Assembly (NCBI GenBank): GCA_963681965.1
Contig: OY820579.1
Coordinates: forward strand, 3,456,001-3,520,000
Direction: 5' to 3'
Source: a bacterium
GTDB taxonomy: Bacteria; Electryoneota; JAOADG01
Length of the DNA: 64,000 bases
Part shown: positions 8,977 to 20,048 of the stretch, in pieces
Position numbering within the stretch: position 1 is the stretch's first letter
How the letters are laid out: each line of letters starts with the position of its first letter
The notes under the pieces: generated by a model
What the model saw: only the letters and a program-made list of their open reading frames with translations
What the model was told of the DNA's origin: nothing
Database searches by the model: none
Program-made: the position numbers and the translations under genes

Positions 8977-11900
8977 TTACTTTTTGGATTCACTCTGTGG
9001 TTTGGTTCGACTGATGGCAGTTGATGAGATTGACACTGGTTGCACTGACGACGACGACGCGCTGCGATACGCCGTTACCCGGTAGTAATAGTGCCCGGTT
9101 ACATTATTGTCGATATAAGTATTCGTTCCTACTGGCACAGTTCCGATCAGTGAACCCACATCGGGTGGTGCGAAGTAACCGGTGCTGTTGCGCCAGATCC
9201 GGTACGTATCGAATGTGCCGGTTGCGGCGTCCCAACTTAGTGTTGCATTCGGAAGCGCAAATGAAATTGTCAAATTACCCGGTACCGTCGGTGGCACCGA
9301 CGACGCTTGAGTAACTGAGATGTCATCAATGAAAATTGCCGCACCATTCCGATTAATAGAAACGAATCCAATTCGACCACAATAATCGAGCAGCATTTGC
9401 GGGATCGAAATTACTGCCTCCCGCCAAGTGCCGGCTGCTGCCGGAACCATTGAACTGCCGCCGGATCCCGATGCCAGTGCCTCTTCCCCGGTTCCGGTTG
9501 CCCATTTCCGGAATAAGACGGTAGAGGTTCCGAATTGCGATTGATAAACTACTTCCACCGAGTCGTTGAACGATCCATAAGGTGAGTATGACCATTTAAA
9601 CCGAAGTTCGGCATTCATTCCTGCGGATAAATCGATGAATGGCGTCCAGAGTACATCGCGATCGTCGTATACCGAATTGTGATAACAATCCATCATCGCC
9701 ACACCGTCATTGGAATTAAATCCGGTGTACTGCGACCACATATAACCACCATCCGGATTCTCGTATTCCCACATCAACGGTGGAAAATACTCACTGCTGA
9801 ATCCAGTAGAGCAGGGTCGATCGACGAATTGCTTCGTAATCAAGTACAATCGATCCGATACGGTTGGAGTGATTTCGCCTGCACCGTTCCGAGCTACCGT
9901 TACAAATATATATTCGGTATTCGGATGCAAGCCAGTGACGTAATAGCGACCCCATTGAGCTAAATTCTTCCACTCGGGATTCTCGCCTAGGGTACAATTG
10001 TTCTGAAGGTATAAATTGTTGTTCTGTTCGAGAATGGCATACTGCGTCTCATCCGGATTGTAAGCAATACTGGAATTTTGCGGCGAGACAATTGCCGTCG
10101 AACAACTGACAAAGCTGTACGTAGGAGCATCGGGTAAAGCTGGATAAGTCCAGAATGAAATGAATTCACAGGTATCCGACGGCAGCGCATCGATCATCGC
10201 ATAAATCTTGAACCAATAATGCATATTTGGTGTAAGCCATTCTGCATTATAGATCGTATCGTTTGCCGGAAGGATTTGCAAAAAGTTCCAGTTGAGACTA
10301 TCGGTCGATTGGAAGACTCTGAACCCAGTCTCATTGTAAGCTTGATCGTGCCAGGCAATTTGCGCCGATTGATAATCGTGAGATACGACTTGTCCCATCA
10401 CTGGTGCGTTTGGACCGAATACCCGATTTACCGAAACCGGTGATATGTAAATATTCGATCCACCGAAACTCTGACCAATGAACCCGATGCGGACATCATT
10501 CCGCCCCATCATATAGGCTGGTAGATTTGCCATCACTTCCCGCCAAGTGGAGCGTGTCGCTGGCGCATCCGGTGCACCACCGGAACCAGCAACCAATGCC
10601 GCGCCACCGACTCCGGTCCCATATCCCTGCCACAACCATTCCAGCGTTGCCCCGTTGTCGATCGTTGCAAAAACATAGAGGATGTCGTCGTGATCGGCAT
10701 CGCGGAGCGCATACGACCATTGGAAATAAATATTTGCCAGCGCGACGTCGCGCAAATCTACGTATGGACCCAGCAACATTCCCATCTGATTGTTCGTTAT
10801 GGGGTTGTTTGCGGGGAAGCAAGCAGCGTGATAATTCTCGGTTTCACTTGCATAGGCTTCCCATAAAACCGTGTAACTAGTTGTCTGAGGTAATTCCCAA
10901 TCCAATGGTGGGAACACTTCCTGCTCAAAAGATTGATCGAATGGGATCGAGTAGCCGGGAACGGTCGAGCACTCAACAGTTGTCGAAAGATCGGTCTGGT
11001 TCCAAGCCGGACTGACTGCACGAACTCCGACACTATATGTTACTCCGGGCAATAGTCCAGATATCTTCAGATTTTCCAGCTCATGCATGGGTCGTTGCGA
11101 ATCTGCCAATCCCAGTGTGCCATTTAATTGAACTTGCAATGTCACGCCAGTAGATTGATTGGTGAAAAATATCCGAAACATAGTCTCCGGACCATTGATA
11201 TTGGAAAAATCATTGCGAACCGTGAGTTTACATTGATTCGTTCCAATCCAATCCACAACCGGTGCTTGCGGAACCATGCAATTTGGCGCGCCGAAGACAT
11301 CTGAAAATTCACTCGATGCCACCGGACCATTCATGGAATAGACGCGGTACGTATAGGAATAGCCCGGCATCGCGGTAAAATCGGTGTATTGGTGGATATT
11401 CGTGGCAGTCGTACCGATCTGCGTGAAGTTCGTACCATCGGTGGAACGCATAATTTTGAAACCGGTTTCGTTATTCGAGTTGTCACTCCAATTCAGTGCA
11501 ACGTAATTCGTTGCGAGACCGGTCACTTGAAGATTCGAAGGACCGTAAGGTGGTGCGTACGCAACCAATTCGAAATTGTCGACAAAGATAATACTTCGCG
11601 TCCTGGCGTAGTTTGTTCCGAAAAGCCCTACCCGTAACGAATTTTGATTGGCAGCATCCGCAGGAAGTGTGATTGTCCAGGTGCCCCACCCGGTCGAAGC
11701 GGGATTCATGGCATCGCCACCGGAACCAAACAAAAGTTGCTCATTGCCGACTCCGTTGACTCGCCTCATACCGACATAAGTTTCGGTATAAAGATTATTG
11801 GTCGAATACGCTACAAACAACGAATCTTCTTGATCCCCCAAATCTTCGTTAGACATGCAGAAATCAAACCTGACAGTGACGGTAGTGGCACCTAACGTGC

Positions 11901-13866
11901 TGACATTCGGCGACCATAGGAAATAACGATCGGGTCCCGCCATATTTGTGGGATATCCCACTACGCCATTGTTGGAATTTGGATTGTTGTAGAAGCTAAA
12001 CCAACAAAATCCACCCATATATGGCGAGGCTAGCCAGCTCGGCGGTAACTCACCTTGATTGGCAACAAATTCTTCACGGTACGGTAGTGCCCGTTGCGCT
12101 AGTATCTTCATATCGACCCGCATCGTATCGCCGATCGTGGTTGGATTATTTGAATCGAGAATTCTAATTCGGACGTGATCGCTCGATGGTCCGGTAACTA
12201 CCCACGAGCGAAAATTCATGTTGGCACCGTCTCCGGAAATCACTTCCCACGCACCCGTCGGGTAATTCCGATTCAATTCCACGCGTGCAGTCGAGACATT
12301 GATTGCAGAATTCCAATAAATTCCCAAATAATCGCCAATGGCTAAATTCATTGAAGTAAAATTGGGTGAGGTTAGCAGCATCGACCGCATGCCTGAAACC
12401 AATGCTTTGGCATCGACAATACGACCCATCCGTCCGACATAATTGGGATTCCAACCCGAAGGGTCTCGTGCCGTACTGATCATCATTGAAGCCAGATCGT
12501 CGTCGGTCATTTCCGGTGCTTTCGACAGCGCCAACGCTGCAACCGCCGCCGCGTTTGGACATGCCATCGAAGTACCAGATTTCAGACCATATCCGAGATT
12601 GGTTGCGGTATGGATTACTGTCGAAAGGATTTCGACACCCGGCGCACAAAGATCGACCGATTCGCGGAAGTTCGAAAAGTGTGCCAATTCATTGCCGCGA
12701 TCCAATGCCGCAACCGACATATAATAGGAATATTCGGAAGGATAATTCGCATCCGACGACGAATCGTTGCCCGCCGCGGCAAAGGGGAGACAATTGCACA
12801 TGCGAGCGTATTGTCCAGCCGACCGATAAACCAAATCGCTCCAAGTGCCACCCAAGCTTAAACTAACCACTCGTGCACCACGCGCAACCGCATATTGGAC
12901 ACCGGCAGAAACATCAACGCTATTAAAACTACCAGTCAATCCTCCATCATGATAGACTGCGAAACCCGCGCGTACCGCCAGTGTTTTTACATTGTACGAT
13001 GCCGAAGGTACACCGATTCCATTATTCGTACGACTCGCGATCGTTCCACAAACGTGGGTACCGTGACCTTCTACATCCATCGGTTTGCCATCGCGCGGTC
13101 CATAATCTTCACCGGGAACATTATGGTATCCAATCATCCAGTAGGTATCGTGGTTGACGGCATCCCAACCAACCACATCGTCGACATATCCATTGCCATC
13201 ATCGTCGATACCATTCATATCGCTGTCGTCGAAGCGACCATTGTGATTCAAATCTTCCGCTGCATTCACGAGGAAATTGTCGACTAAATCGGGATGGTAA
13301 ATGTCGACACCGGTATCGATCGTCACTGCCAGAATCTGTGAACCGGTTTGACCGCGGGCATACTCCCACGCTTCGCGGCAGTGCATCGAATCGAGTCCCC
13401 ACATTGGTCGAGTAAATAGAGACCAATCATTCGGAGTATGGGTGGTATACCCATATGCAGTGGGGTTCGCTTCTTCTACCACCCCGGAATATTTCACCAA
13501 GCGATCGCAAACATCCGTTACAAGCTCAGTACCGAATGGATACGGCTTTTCCAACCCGCCATACATTGTATAGATGCGATCCAAGCCGACTTCCCAGAAA
13601 GCATGATTATTCAGCGATGCAGGATCCCAAGTGAAGACCGGAACGAGTTTAGGAATATTGCATCGTTTCATCAATGTATCGAGCGTCGGATTTCCGGTTG
13701 GATACTGTACGGTACCGTCGTTCAATTTATGCAAAGTGCCATTGAATTTAGTCGTGAGCTTCAGATTCAGTTGGTTGATGGCGTAATCGACTCCCGGTTG
13801 CGGGGTTGCCCATGTGAACACCGGAATCAATAGGATCGCTAGTAAGGCTAGAATAACAAATCGCAT
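8977..13866 (-). CDS. S8 family subtilisin-like serine protease with adhesin/MAM-like and FN3 domains
   Basis: Signal peptide; catalytic motifs IDTGV, GHGTHVCG and SGTSMACP, oxyanion AAAGND; FN3 repeats (W.DNSNNETGF.I.RS); FPP..W jelly-roll modules. Confidence 0.93.
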   Translation of the reverse strand: MRFVILALLAILLIPVFTWATPQPGVDYAINQLNLKLTTKFNGTLHKLNDGTVQYPTGNPTLDTLMKRCNIPKLVPVFTWDPASLNNHAFWEVGLDRIYTMYGGLEKPYPFGTELVTDVCDRLVKYSGVVEEANPTAYGYTTHTPNDWSLFTRPMWGLDSMHCREAWEYARGQTGSQILAVTIDTGVDIYHPDLVDNFLVNAAEDLNHNGRFDDSDMNGIDDDGNGYVDDVVGWDAVNHDTYWMIGYHNVPGEDYGPRDGKPMDVEGHGTHVCGTIASRTNNGIGVPSASYNVKTLAVRAGFAVYHDGGLTGSFNSVDVSAGVQYAVARGARVVSLSLGGTWSDLVYRSAGQYARMCNCLPFAAAGNDSSSDANYPSEYSYYMSVAALDRGNELAHFSNFRESVDLCAPGVEILSTVIHTATNLGYGLKSGTSMACPNAAAVAALALSKAPEMTDDDLASMMISTARDPSGWNPNYVGRMGRIVDAKALVSGMRSMLLTSPNFTSMNLAIGDYLGIYWNSAINVSTARVELNRNYPTGAWEVISGDGANMNFRSWVVTGPSSDHVRIRILDSNNPTTIGDTMRVDMKILAQRALPYREEFVANQGELPPSWLASPYMGGFCWFSFYNNPNSNNGVVGYPTNMAGPDRYFLWSPNVSTLGATTVTVRFDFCMSNEDLGDQEDSLFVAYSTNNLYTETYVGMRRVNGVGNEQLLFGSGGDAMNPASTGWGTWTITLPADAANQNSLRVGLFGTNYARTRSIIFVDNFELVAYAPPYGPSNLQVTGLATNYVALNWSDNSNNETGFKIMRSTDGTNFTQIGTTATNIHQYTDFTAMPGYSYTYRVYSMNGPVASSEFSDVFGAPNCMVPQAPVVDWIGTNQCKLTVRNDFSNINGPETMFRIFFTNQSTGVTLQVQLNGTLGLADSQRPMHELENLKISGLLPGVTYSVGVRAVSPAWNQTDLSTTVECSTVPGYSIPFDQSFEQEVFPPLDWELPQTTSYTVLWEAYASETENYHAACFPANNPITNNQMGMLLGPYVDLRDVALANIYFQWSYALRDADHDDILYVFATIDNGATLEWLWQGYGTGVGGAALVAGSGGAPDAPATRSTWREVMANLPAYMMGRNDVRIGFIGQSFGGSNIYISPVSVNRVFGPNAPVMGQVVSHDYQSAQIAWHDQAYNETGFRVFQSTDSLNWNFLQILPANDTIYNAEWLTPNMHYWFKIYAMIDALPSDTCEFISFWTYPALPDAPTYSFVSCSTAIVSPQNSSIAYNPDETQYAILEQNNNLYLQNNCTLGENPEWKNLAQWGRYYVTGLHPNTEYIFVTVARNGAGEITPTVSDRLYLITKQFVDRPCSTGFSSEYFPPLMWEYENPDGGYMWSQYTGFNSNDGVAMMDCYHNSVYDDRDVLWTPFIDLSAGMNAELRFKWSYSPYGSFNDSVEVVYQSQFGTSTVLFRKWATGTGEEALASGSGGSSMVPAAAGTWREAVISIPQMLLDYCGRIGFVSINRNGAAIFIDDISVTQASSVPPTVPGNLTISFALPNATLSWDAATGTFDTYRIWRNSTGYFAPPDVGSLIGTVPVGTNTYIDNNVTGHYYYRVTAYRSASSSSVQPVSISSTAISRTKPQSESKK

Positions 13867-13913
13867 TTATTTCTCCGAGAAGTGAGGAAGGTTTTCGTCT
13901 GACCTATCATTTG

Positions 13914-13942
13914 AGAGGCGGGGACGAAGCTGCCCCGCCTCT
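13914..13942 (-). terminator. Stem-loop / probable terminator between the two giant genes
   Basis: AGAGGCGGGG...CCCCGCCTCT 10-bp stem about 25 bp after the stop at 13968; no strong U-tract. Confidence 0.55.
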
Positions 13943-13967
13943 AGTTATTAATACATACTATGAATTA

Positions 13968-16900
13968 CTATTTGCTCTCATCAAGTTTATCAGGTAATCG
14001 CATGACCGGAATTGTCGGTGAAATCGGTTCTACACTCGAGGACGATGCCCCTTGGTGACAAGTCACTCGATAGAATCCCTTGACCGTTATACCGGGATCG
14101 GTAAAAGTTGTTGTTCCTGCCGGAACGGTTCCGACCAGTGTTCCAACCGATGGAGGTGTGAAATATCCGGATGTGTAGCGCCATACTTGATAATTATTGA
14201 ATGAACCAGTCGAGGCATCCCAAGTCAACGTCGCATTCGGATAGGCATACGAGATTCGGAGATTCGTCGGTGCTGAAGGTGCAGCCAATGAACTGGAAAT
14301 CTCGACATTATCGATAAACAAATTGGAACCATACCCATTTTGCGATCCAAAAAAGAATCGTAGATACTTAGAATTCAAAGTACCGTTACCAAACGGAACA
14401 ACTATATGCCGCCACGACCCGGTTGGTGCCGGTGTCATCCGGGTACCGCCGGTTCCACCCGCCAAGGAGTCATCCCCTGATAGGTCCGATCGTAATGTAA
14501 TTGGAACAAAGACATGGGCGGTGATAGAATCGCCGTAGCTGATGACCAAGTTTAATGCGTCGATCAACCCCGGTTCAGCAACATAACTCAGATCGAACTG
14601 AATGTAAACTGTCGAAACCCCTACGATATTGAAGTACGGTGAATACAGCTCATCTGTCCGACCGATATCCATGTAATTGTAGAAATTGACATACGCACAT
14701 CCATTGTTCGAATTCGCACCGGTATATCTATCCCATCCAATCGCTGCGTCGTCGTTGCTAATTGTCCATTGTTGTGGCGGGAAAGTCGCGCTACTGAAAT
14801 CCTGTAGATACGGTAAGGGCAACCGGGGTAGCATCGTTACAACGGTGTCGAGACCGATACATTCCCAGGATTCGTGATTAATGGCAACCATTCGGATTGT
14901 GTTACTGGATTCGTATGAAATTCCGGAGATGAAATAGTTACTCCACCAGTCCAGAGTCGCTTTTCTACACTGGTTAAAATCGCTTGATAAAATGCCGGAT
15001 TCGGTTACATAATAGTTATTAAAGAGGACATAGTAACGCGTGTTGGAGGGATTGGGTTGAAGCGCGTTGTTGTGTCCGGTAAGGGTTAAATAATGATACA
15101 TGACATTACCGATGCCGGGTACATCCGGTGCCGAACATCCGGTATAGTAGAAGCAATTGGCATATTCGGTGGAATATCCTCCTCGACCAAAGGAATAGAT
15201 TCGATAGGAATAATAGGTGTTGGGAGTCAAGCCATGATCGGTGAAAACCGTCTGATTGGCGGCAACAGCACCCGCAAATTCATAGGGCCCTTCATACGCC
15301 GTTGCCCGGTAGATCGCAAAGGATTCCTCATCGACAACATTGTCGTCCCAGGTCACGACTAGTGTATCGTTATCAGGTCCGCCAGGAGGCAGGACAAATC
15401 GGGCATTGGTCGGAGCCAGCGGTGCAGCGGACGTCATCAATATTAACTGACCCGAGGTGTCGGCTGGCTGAGCGGGATCGAGCGAGTAAGAAATCACCCG
15501 TAACGAATAAGTGTGAGATGGACTTAACCCTCCCAAATGAAATCGCGTATTCGATCGAATCGTAACCAAGTATGGTGTCGACGACCAGGACATATCGGGT
15601 TGCAGGAACAAACGGGTATCGGTATTGAAGAGTGCCGTTAAAGTTGAGGGGTTGTTCGGTTGAAATGGATTATTCCTTGGATAAACCCAGGCTTCCGTGC
15701 ACGTCACCGAGTCGACTACGGGCGCGGGTGAGTTTGACAATCCGGTCAATACGTTATAAACAATCGCGGCATCAGCCGAGACAGTTTCCCCATTGGCGCC
15801 GAAGAAACCGACATCGTAGTAATAATTTCCAGCTCCCATGACGAAGGTTCGAACATCGGATGCAACGAGTGGGATCGTCCCCAGAACATTGAAGTCAGCA
15901 TCTACTCCCGACAACCGATAGCCGACGACATTGTTGGTTGCCGAGGGATCGCTGTCGCGCCATTGAATACCGAATCCAGCAGCAATTGGATACGCATTGA
16001 CCCATCCCGGTGGATTCGGGGTTTGATAGAGTGCAACATCGTCGATAAAGAAATCCGATAGGGCGCTATGCTCCGACAACATTAACCCAACGCGAACAGC
16101 AGCTTGATTGCGCGCTGCAATCGGTAATGCGACTTTCCAGCGTCCCCAGTCTGCGGCAGCCCACATATCGTAAGATCCACCCGTACCGGCATAGAGCGCT
16201 TCCCGAGCCATGCCATTGCCCCATTTCACCGCAAACGGAACCCATGACGCACCATCGTCAAGTGAATACACGAGACTGATTGAATCGTTGTTGACATCGG
16301 TATTGCGTCTAGTAGCGCAATAACGTAGATCGATACAGGCATCGGATACTCCCAACGTCGAAATGGGCGGTAACCAGAAAAAGTCGTTCAACCCATTGTT
16401 CGGTCGGGAACTGATTGGCACTTCCACGATGTAATTATCGGTAATTCCTATCCGTGAAAATGTCTGCGATTGATCCACTGAAGACACGATACGGAAACCG
16501 TGAGCTGAAAGCGAATGATCGAAATTATCATAAAATGGCAGCGGAAGTGTCGTCTGCGGAAGAGCGACAAATGATTGCGATTCCGATACCACCGAGCGAT
16601 CTTCGTTGGACAATCGAAGCGACATCATACCCGGATAGTCCGGTACATAAATCGATCGTGGAGATGTCAATCCATCGAACATAATAAGAATATCATTCCA
16701 CCGGGCACCACCATTGGTAGTAAATTCCAATCTAGCTGGTGCAGCACCGGTAGCTGTCCACGACACACTTTGAGTCGTCCGGACCTGCCAAAACTCACCT
16801 CCGATCGGGCTGGTGAATTGGAAGGGCGGTACTTTCACCTGAATGTTATCGACATACAAAATCGAACCAATCGCATCTGGCGTAACAGATTTAAAGCCGA

Positions 16901-19900
16901 TTCGCACGGCGGGTTGTCCCAGATAAGCCGCCGGTACACTGTATTTGGCATGCTGGTAGGCAGATAGCGGAGGAGCGGTCGTATTCGCATCGGGATAGTA
17001 CCCGGTTTCCAAGTTCGTAAAGAGTGTTCCAGTTCCGTACTTATATCCAATTATTTCGGACGTTGCACCATCGTCATTCGTTGCGAGGATATACAGGGTG
17101 TCGTGGGTGGAATGCGCGGCATCATTGTAGAACCAGTCGAATTCCACATCGGCGGCGGCTGCTCCCGTTGTGATCAAAGGTCTCGTCCAAAACAAATTGG
17201 ACGCGCCGGCACCGTCATGCATCAGATTCGATAACATTCCCCGATTCTGATCCGTGAATGAATATGAGTTGTTCCACAACCCCGGCAAATCATTATTGAT
17301 GGGTCTCCAACCGTGTACAAGACCCCAATTTCCGGTTTCGCAATTTTCCATAAAGGGGAGTGCAACCGGAATGGCTGGAGCGAATGTCATCTGCTCCGAT
17401 GTGGCTGATAAATTGTAAGTCGTGTTGGAAATGCGAATGCGACCAATGGTGCTCGGTCGATCCCAAATAATCCATTCAAATGGTGAGGTCATCGTGAGAC
17501 CATACACTCCGAACCAGGATGCTCCATCATCCGTCGAACAATCCAATCGATTGGGATTGGGTCCATTTTGCGACCAAACCAATCGGAAGGGCTCCGCTGC
17601 GCGCCAGACAGTTCCTACGGTCGGAGTAACGATGTGATAAGATTCGGTGTTGATCAAGATATTATCGATAAAAATCGCGGGACCTTGATGACTAATCGCT
17701 TTGAAACCGATCCGAACTGCCGGTTGATTGGTTGCCCCTTGCGGCATACCGGTAACATAATGTCCCCAATCGGCAATGGATGTGGGCGGATCTGTCGGGC
17801 TTCCGAGTGTATTTACTCCAAGTGCATTGGAACCGGTCGCAGTTCCAACTTTGGTTTCGATAACCGTCCAGGTTGCACCATCATCGAGTGAATAGACGAT
17901 TTGGAGTGTATCGGCGACAGCCGGTGTTTGAGCAAAATAATAAAAGTCGAAACGGATATTGGGGGACATTCCGTAAGTCGAAATTGGCGGCGCCCAAACA
18001 ATGTCATTCTGATGCGTAGGCGTGTAATTGCTGTAAAAGGCTAGGTACCTGTCCACTGGGGTTCCACTCGTTCCCCAACCGTCATAGGTACTTTCGCGAA
18101 CACTCAAATTTCTCCAGCCATCGTTACCCATACTATTTGTAAAATCGAACGAGTAGGGAACGGGTCGAGCGGATTGGGGAGTAACAGCGATAATCCCCGT
18201 CTCGCCGTAAAGACCGGTGGTTTGATCGACGATTCGATACATAAACGAACTACCGACATAATCCAATTGAACGTAGGGAACGACTCCCGACTGGTCGATA
18301 TTCATCCGGCGTCCTGTAGGCCAGGTAAGACCACCATCGGTCGATGTGACCAAATACTTCGAACCCGTTATGTTGGATTCCCAAGTGATATTGAACGTAG
18401 TACGCGCCTGAATCACATCTCCGATCACAGGCGAGGTAATTCGGATATATGGAGCATCCACACGAATGTTGTCGACGTACACGATTCCGCCACCGGCACT
18501 GCACGGCTTCATCCCGAAGATGACTTGTGGCTGGTTGCATACTGCGCTTGGTAATACAATGGAACAGGTCGCCCAACTACCATAGGACGACAGACCAGTC
18601 TCATACATGCCCCATGCTTCTTTTGTCAGCAATGGAATCCAATCGCTATTCGCATCTAACTTGTACACGATTTGCAGCGAATCGTTTTCATTAGTTTCTC
18701 CGGGTTGATAGCGCCAATCGAAGTTAAAGCGCAGATTCGATGCTCCCGTCGTATTCAACCACTGCAGGCATAGGATATTGTCGAGTACACCATTGTAATT
18801 GTGATTCAGATTGTATGAATAACAGGCATTACCCGGTCGAATCGTCGTATTGTAATCCCACCAGTTTCTCGCCGAGATGCTTGGTTCCTGACAGGCACTA
18901 CCGAGATAATCGCCCCCTTCCATCGAGAACGTCTCATTGTAAGGCACCATTACCGCTTCCCGGGTGTGAAAAGACCAGGTCGGTCCGATCCGCATCAGAT
19001 TGGGATACGTTACCTGCCAGGTGTAATCTTGATTGGGATTCAAACGCATACTGATGAAGCCTTGGACGTGCTGATTGGATACTTCGGAAACACTATTGTT
19101 GGTCAAGGTGAAGTCGACGGATGTATTGATATTGGTACCGAAAGGTGGAGTCCAGCGTGGCATGAAGAAATAAGGATACAAAGTTGCATTATCGGCTACA
19201 TTGGGGTTGGAAGCATTCACCCGCTTCGAGAACATCAGTGCATAGCCAGCGTATGTCGAGGAGCGATTGTAGCTATAGAAAACAAAATTTTGCGCGGTTT
19301 CGTCTTCGATCCCAATCGTTCCGCTATTATTATAAGTTCCGATCGACTGATACAGACAGAGAATGTCTCCATCAGGATAGAGCTGCACCTGAAAATTGAA
19401 CAGACCGGTTCCCAATCCCGAATAGAGGTGTGCATTCATCCAACTGACGATCAATTGGCCACTTGGACCGTCGGCATACTTGATGTGTTCGACCACCAGG
19501 TCGTCCCAGTAGGGCGCAATCACGGCATTGGGAGAAGTGGCGTCGGGGATGTTTTGATTCTGCCAAGCCGAGGGAAGGGGTGTTCCAAATGTGATATAAC
19601 CATTGGCGTATACATTTAGCGATGAATACTCATTACCGAAAAAGGGGAACGTACGACCTCCGCCAAACAGTACTTCCGGCATATACCCTTCATCGGGGTC
19701 GGCGGGTGTAATGTCGTACCCACTACTGGAAATATCGATCCAATTGTATCTGACTCTGGTCGTATCAAGTCCTGGTTCATCGGAATCGATGTAACCGTAC
19801 CCTCCGGGGAATGGACCGAGATAGCTGTCGGTACTCGGCGGTGGGGTTGGAGGTTGATTCCGCTCGCGCTCGAGAATAATCGGGTAAGCCAGTGCTTTTT

Positions 19901-20048
19901 CAGCAGCAGTGATCGGTTCACCCCGCAACATCCGGTCGGCAATTGCCTGCGCGGAAGTACTGGCGGGTAAATCGGTGCTTGCAAAAACGGTAGGAACAAA
20001 GATCGCGAAAATTAGAACAAATAGCGCCAAACGGTTACTAAGTAGCAT
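13968..20048 (-). CDS. Giant secreted non-catalytic modular protein (nidogen/NIDO-like head, repeated jelly-roll and Ig modules, FN3 domains)
   Basis: Signal peptide; YNWIDIS...FPFFGNEYSSLNVYANGYITFG...IAPYWDDL NIDO-like segment; repeated (V/I)DN(I/V)-ending modules; C-terminal ~450 aa resemble those of the S8 protein. Confidence 0.85.
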   Translation of the reverse strand: MLLSNRLALFVLIFAIFVPTVFASTDLPASTSAQAIADRMLRGEPITAAEKALAYPIILERERNQPPTPPPSTDSYLGPFPGGYGYIDSDEPGLDTTRVRYNWIDISSSGYDITPADPDEGYMPEVLFGGGRTFPFFGNEYSSLNVYANGYITFGTPLPSAWQNQNIPDATSPNAVIAPYWDDLVVEHIKYADGPSGQLIVSWMNAHLYSGLGTGLFNFQVQLYPDGDILCLYQSIGTYNNSGTIGIEDETAQNFVFYSYNRSSTYAGYALMFSKRVNASNPNVADNATLYPYFFMPRWTPPFGTNINTSVDFTLTNNSVSEVSNQHVQGFISMRLNPNQDYTWQVTYPNLMRIGPTWSFHTREAVMVPYNETFSMEGGDYLGSACQEPSISARNWWDYNTTIRPGNACYSYNLNHNYNGVLDNILCLQWLNTTGASNLRFNFDWRYQPGETNENDSLQIVYKLDANSDWIPLLTKEAWGMYETGLSSYGSWATCSIVLPSAVCNQPQVIFGMKPCSAGGGIVYVDNIRVDAPYIRITSPVIGDVIQARTTFNITWESNITGSKYLVTSTDGGLTWPTGRRMNIDQSGVVPYVQLDYVGSSFMYRIVDQTTGLYGETGIIAVTPQSARPVPYSFDFTNSMGNDGWRNLSVRESTYDGWGTSGTPVDRYLAFYSNYTPTHQNDIVWAPPISTYGMSPNIRFDFYYFAQTPAVADTLQIVYSLDDGATWTVIETKVGTATGSNALGVNTLGSPTDPPTSIADWGHYVTGMPQGATNQPAVRIGFKAISHQGPAIFIDNILINTESYHIVTPTVGTVWRAAEPFRLVWSQNGPNPNRLDCSTDDGASWFGVYGLTMTSPFEWIIWDRPSTIGRIRISNTTYNLSATSEQMTFAPAIPVALPFMENCETGNWGLVHGWRPINNDLPGLWNNSYSFTDQNRGMLSNLMHDGAGASNLFWTRPLITTGAAAADVEFDWFYNDAAHSTHDTLYILATNDDGATSEIIGYKYGTGTLFTNLETGYYPDANTTAPPLSAYQHAKYSVPAAYLGQPAVRIGFKSVTPDAIGSILYVDNIQVKVPPFQFTSPIGGEFWQVRTTQSVSWTATGAAPARLEFTTNGGARWNDILIMFDGLTSPRSIYVPDYPGMMSLRLSNEDRSVVSESQSFVALPQTTLPLPFYDNFDHSLSAHGFRIVSSVDQSQTFSRIGITDNYIVEVPISSRPNNGLNDFFWLPPISTLGVSDACIDLRYCATRRNTDVNNDSISLVYSLDDGASWVPFAVKWGNGMAREALYAGTGGSYDMWAAADWGRWKVALPIAARNQAAVRVGLMLSEHSALSDFFIDDVALYQTPNPPGWVNAYPIAAGFGIQWRDSDPSATNNVVGYRLSGVDADFNVLGTIPLVASDVRTFVMGAGNYYYDVGFFGANGETVSADAAIVYNVLTGLSNSPAPVVDSVTCTEAWVYPRNNPFQPNNPSTLTALFNTDTRLFLQPDMSWSSTPYLVTIRSNTRFHLGGLSPSHTYSLRVISYSLDPAQPADTSGQLILMTSAAPLAPTNARFVLPPGGPDNDTLVVTWDDNVVDEESFAIYRATAYEGPYEFAGAVAANQTVFTDHGLTPNTYYSYRIYSFGRGGYSTEYANCFYYTGCSAPDVPGIGNVMYHYLTLTGHNNALQPNPSNTRYYVLFNNYYVTESGILSSDFNQCRKATLDWWSNYFISGISYESSNTIRMVAINHESWECIGLDTVVTMLPRLPLPYLQDFSSATFPPQQWTISNDDAAIGWDRYTGANSNNGCAYVNFYNYMDIGRTDELYSPYFNIVGVSTVYIQFDLSYVAEPGLIDALNLVISYGDSITAHVFVPITLRSDLSGDDSLAGGTGGTRMTPAPTGSWRHIVVPFGNGTLNSKYLRFFFGSQNGYGSNLFIDNVEISSSLAAPSAPTNLRISYAYPNATLTWDASTGSFNNYQVWRYTSGYFTPPSVGTLVGTVPAGTTTFTDPGITVKGFYRVTCHQGASSSSVEPISPTIPVMRLPDKLDESK

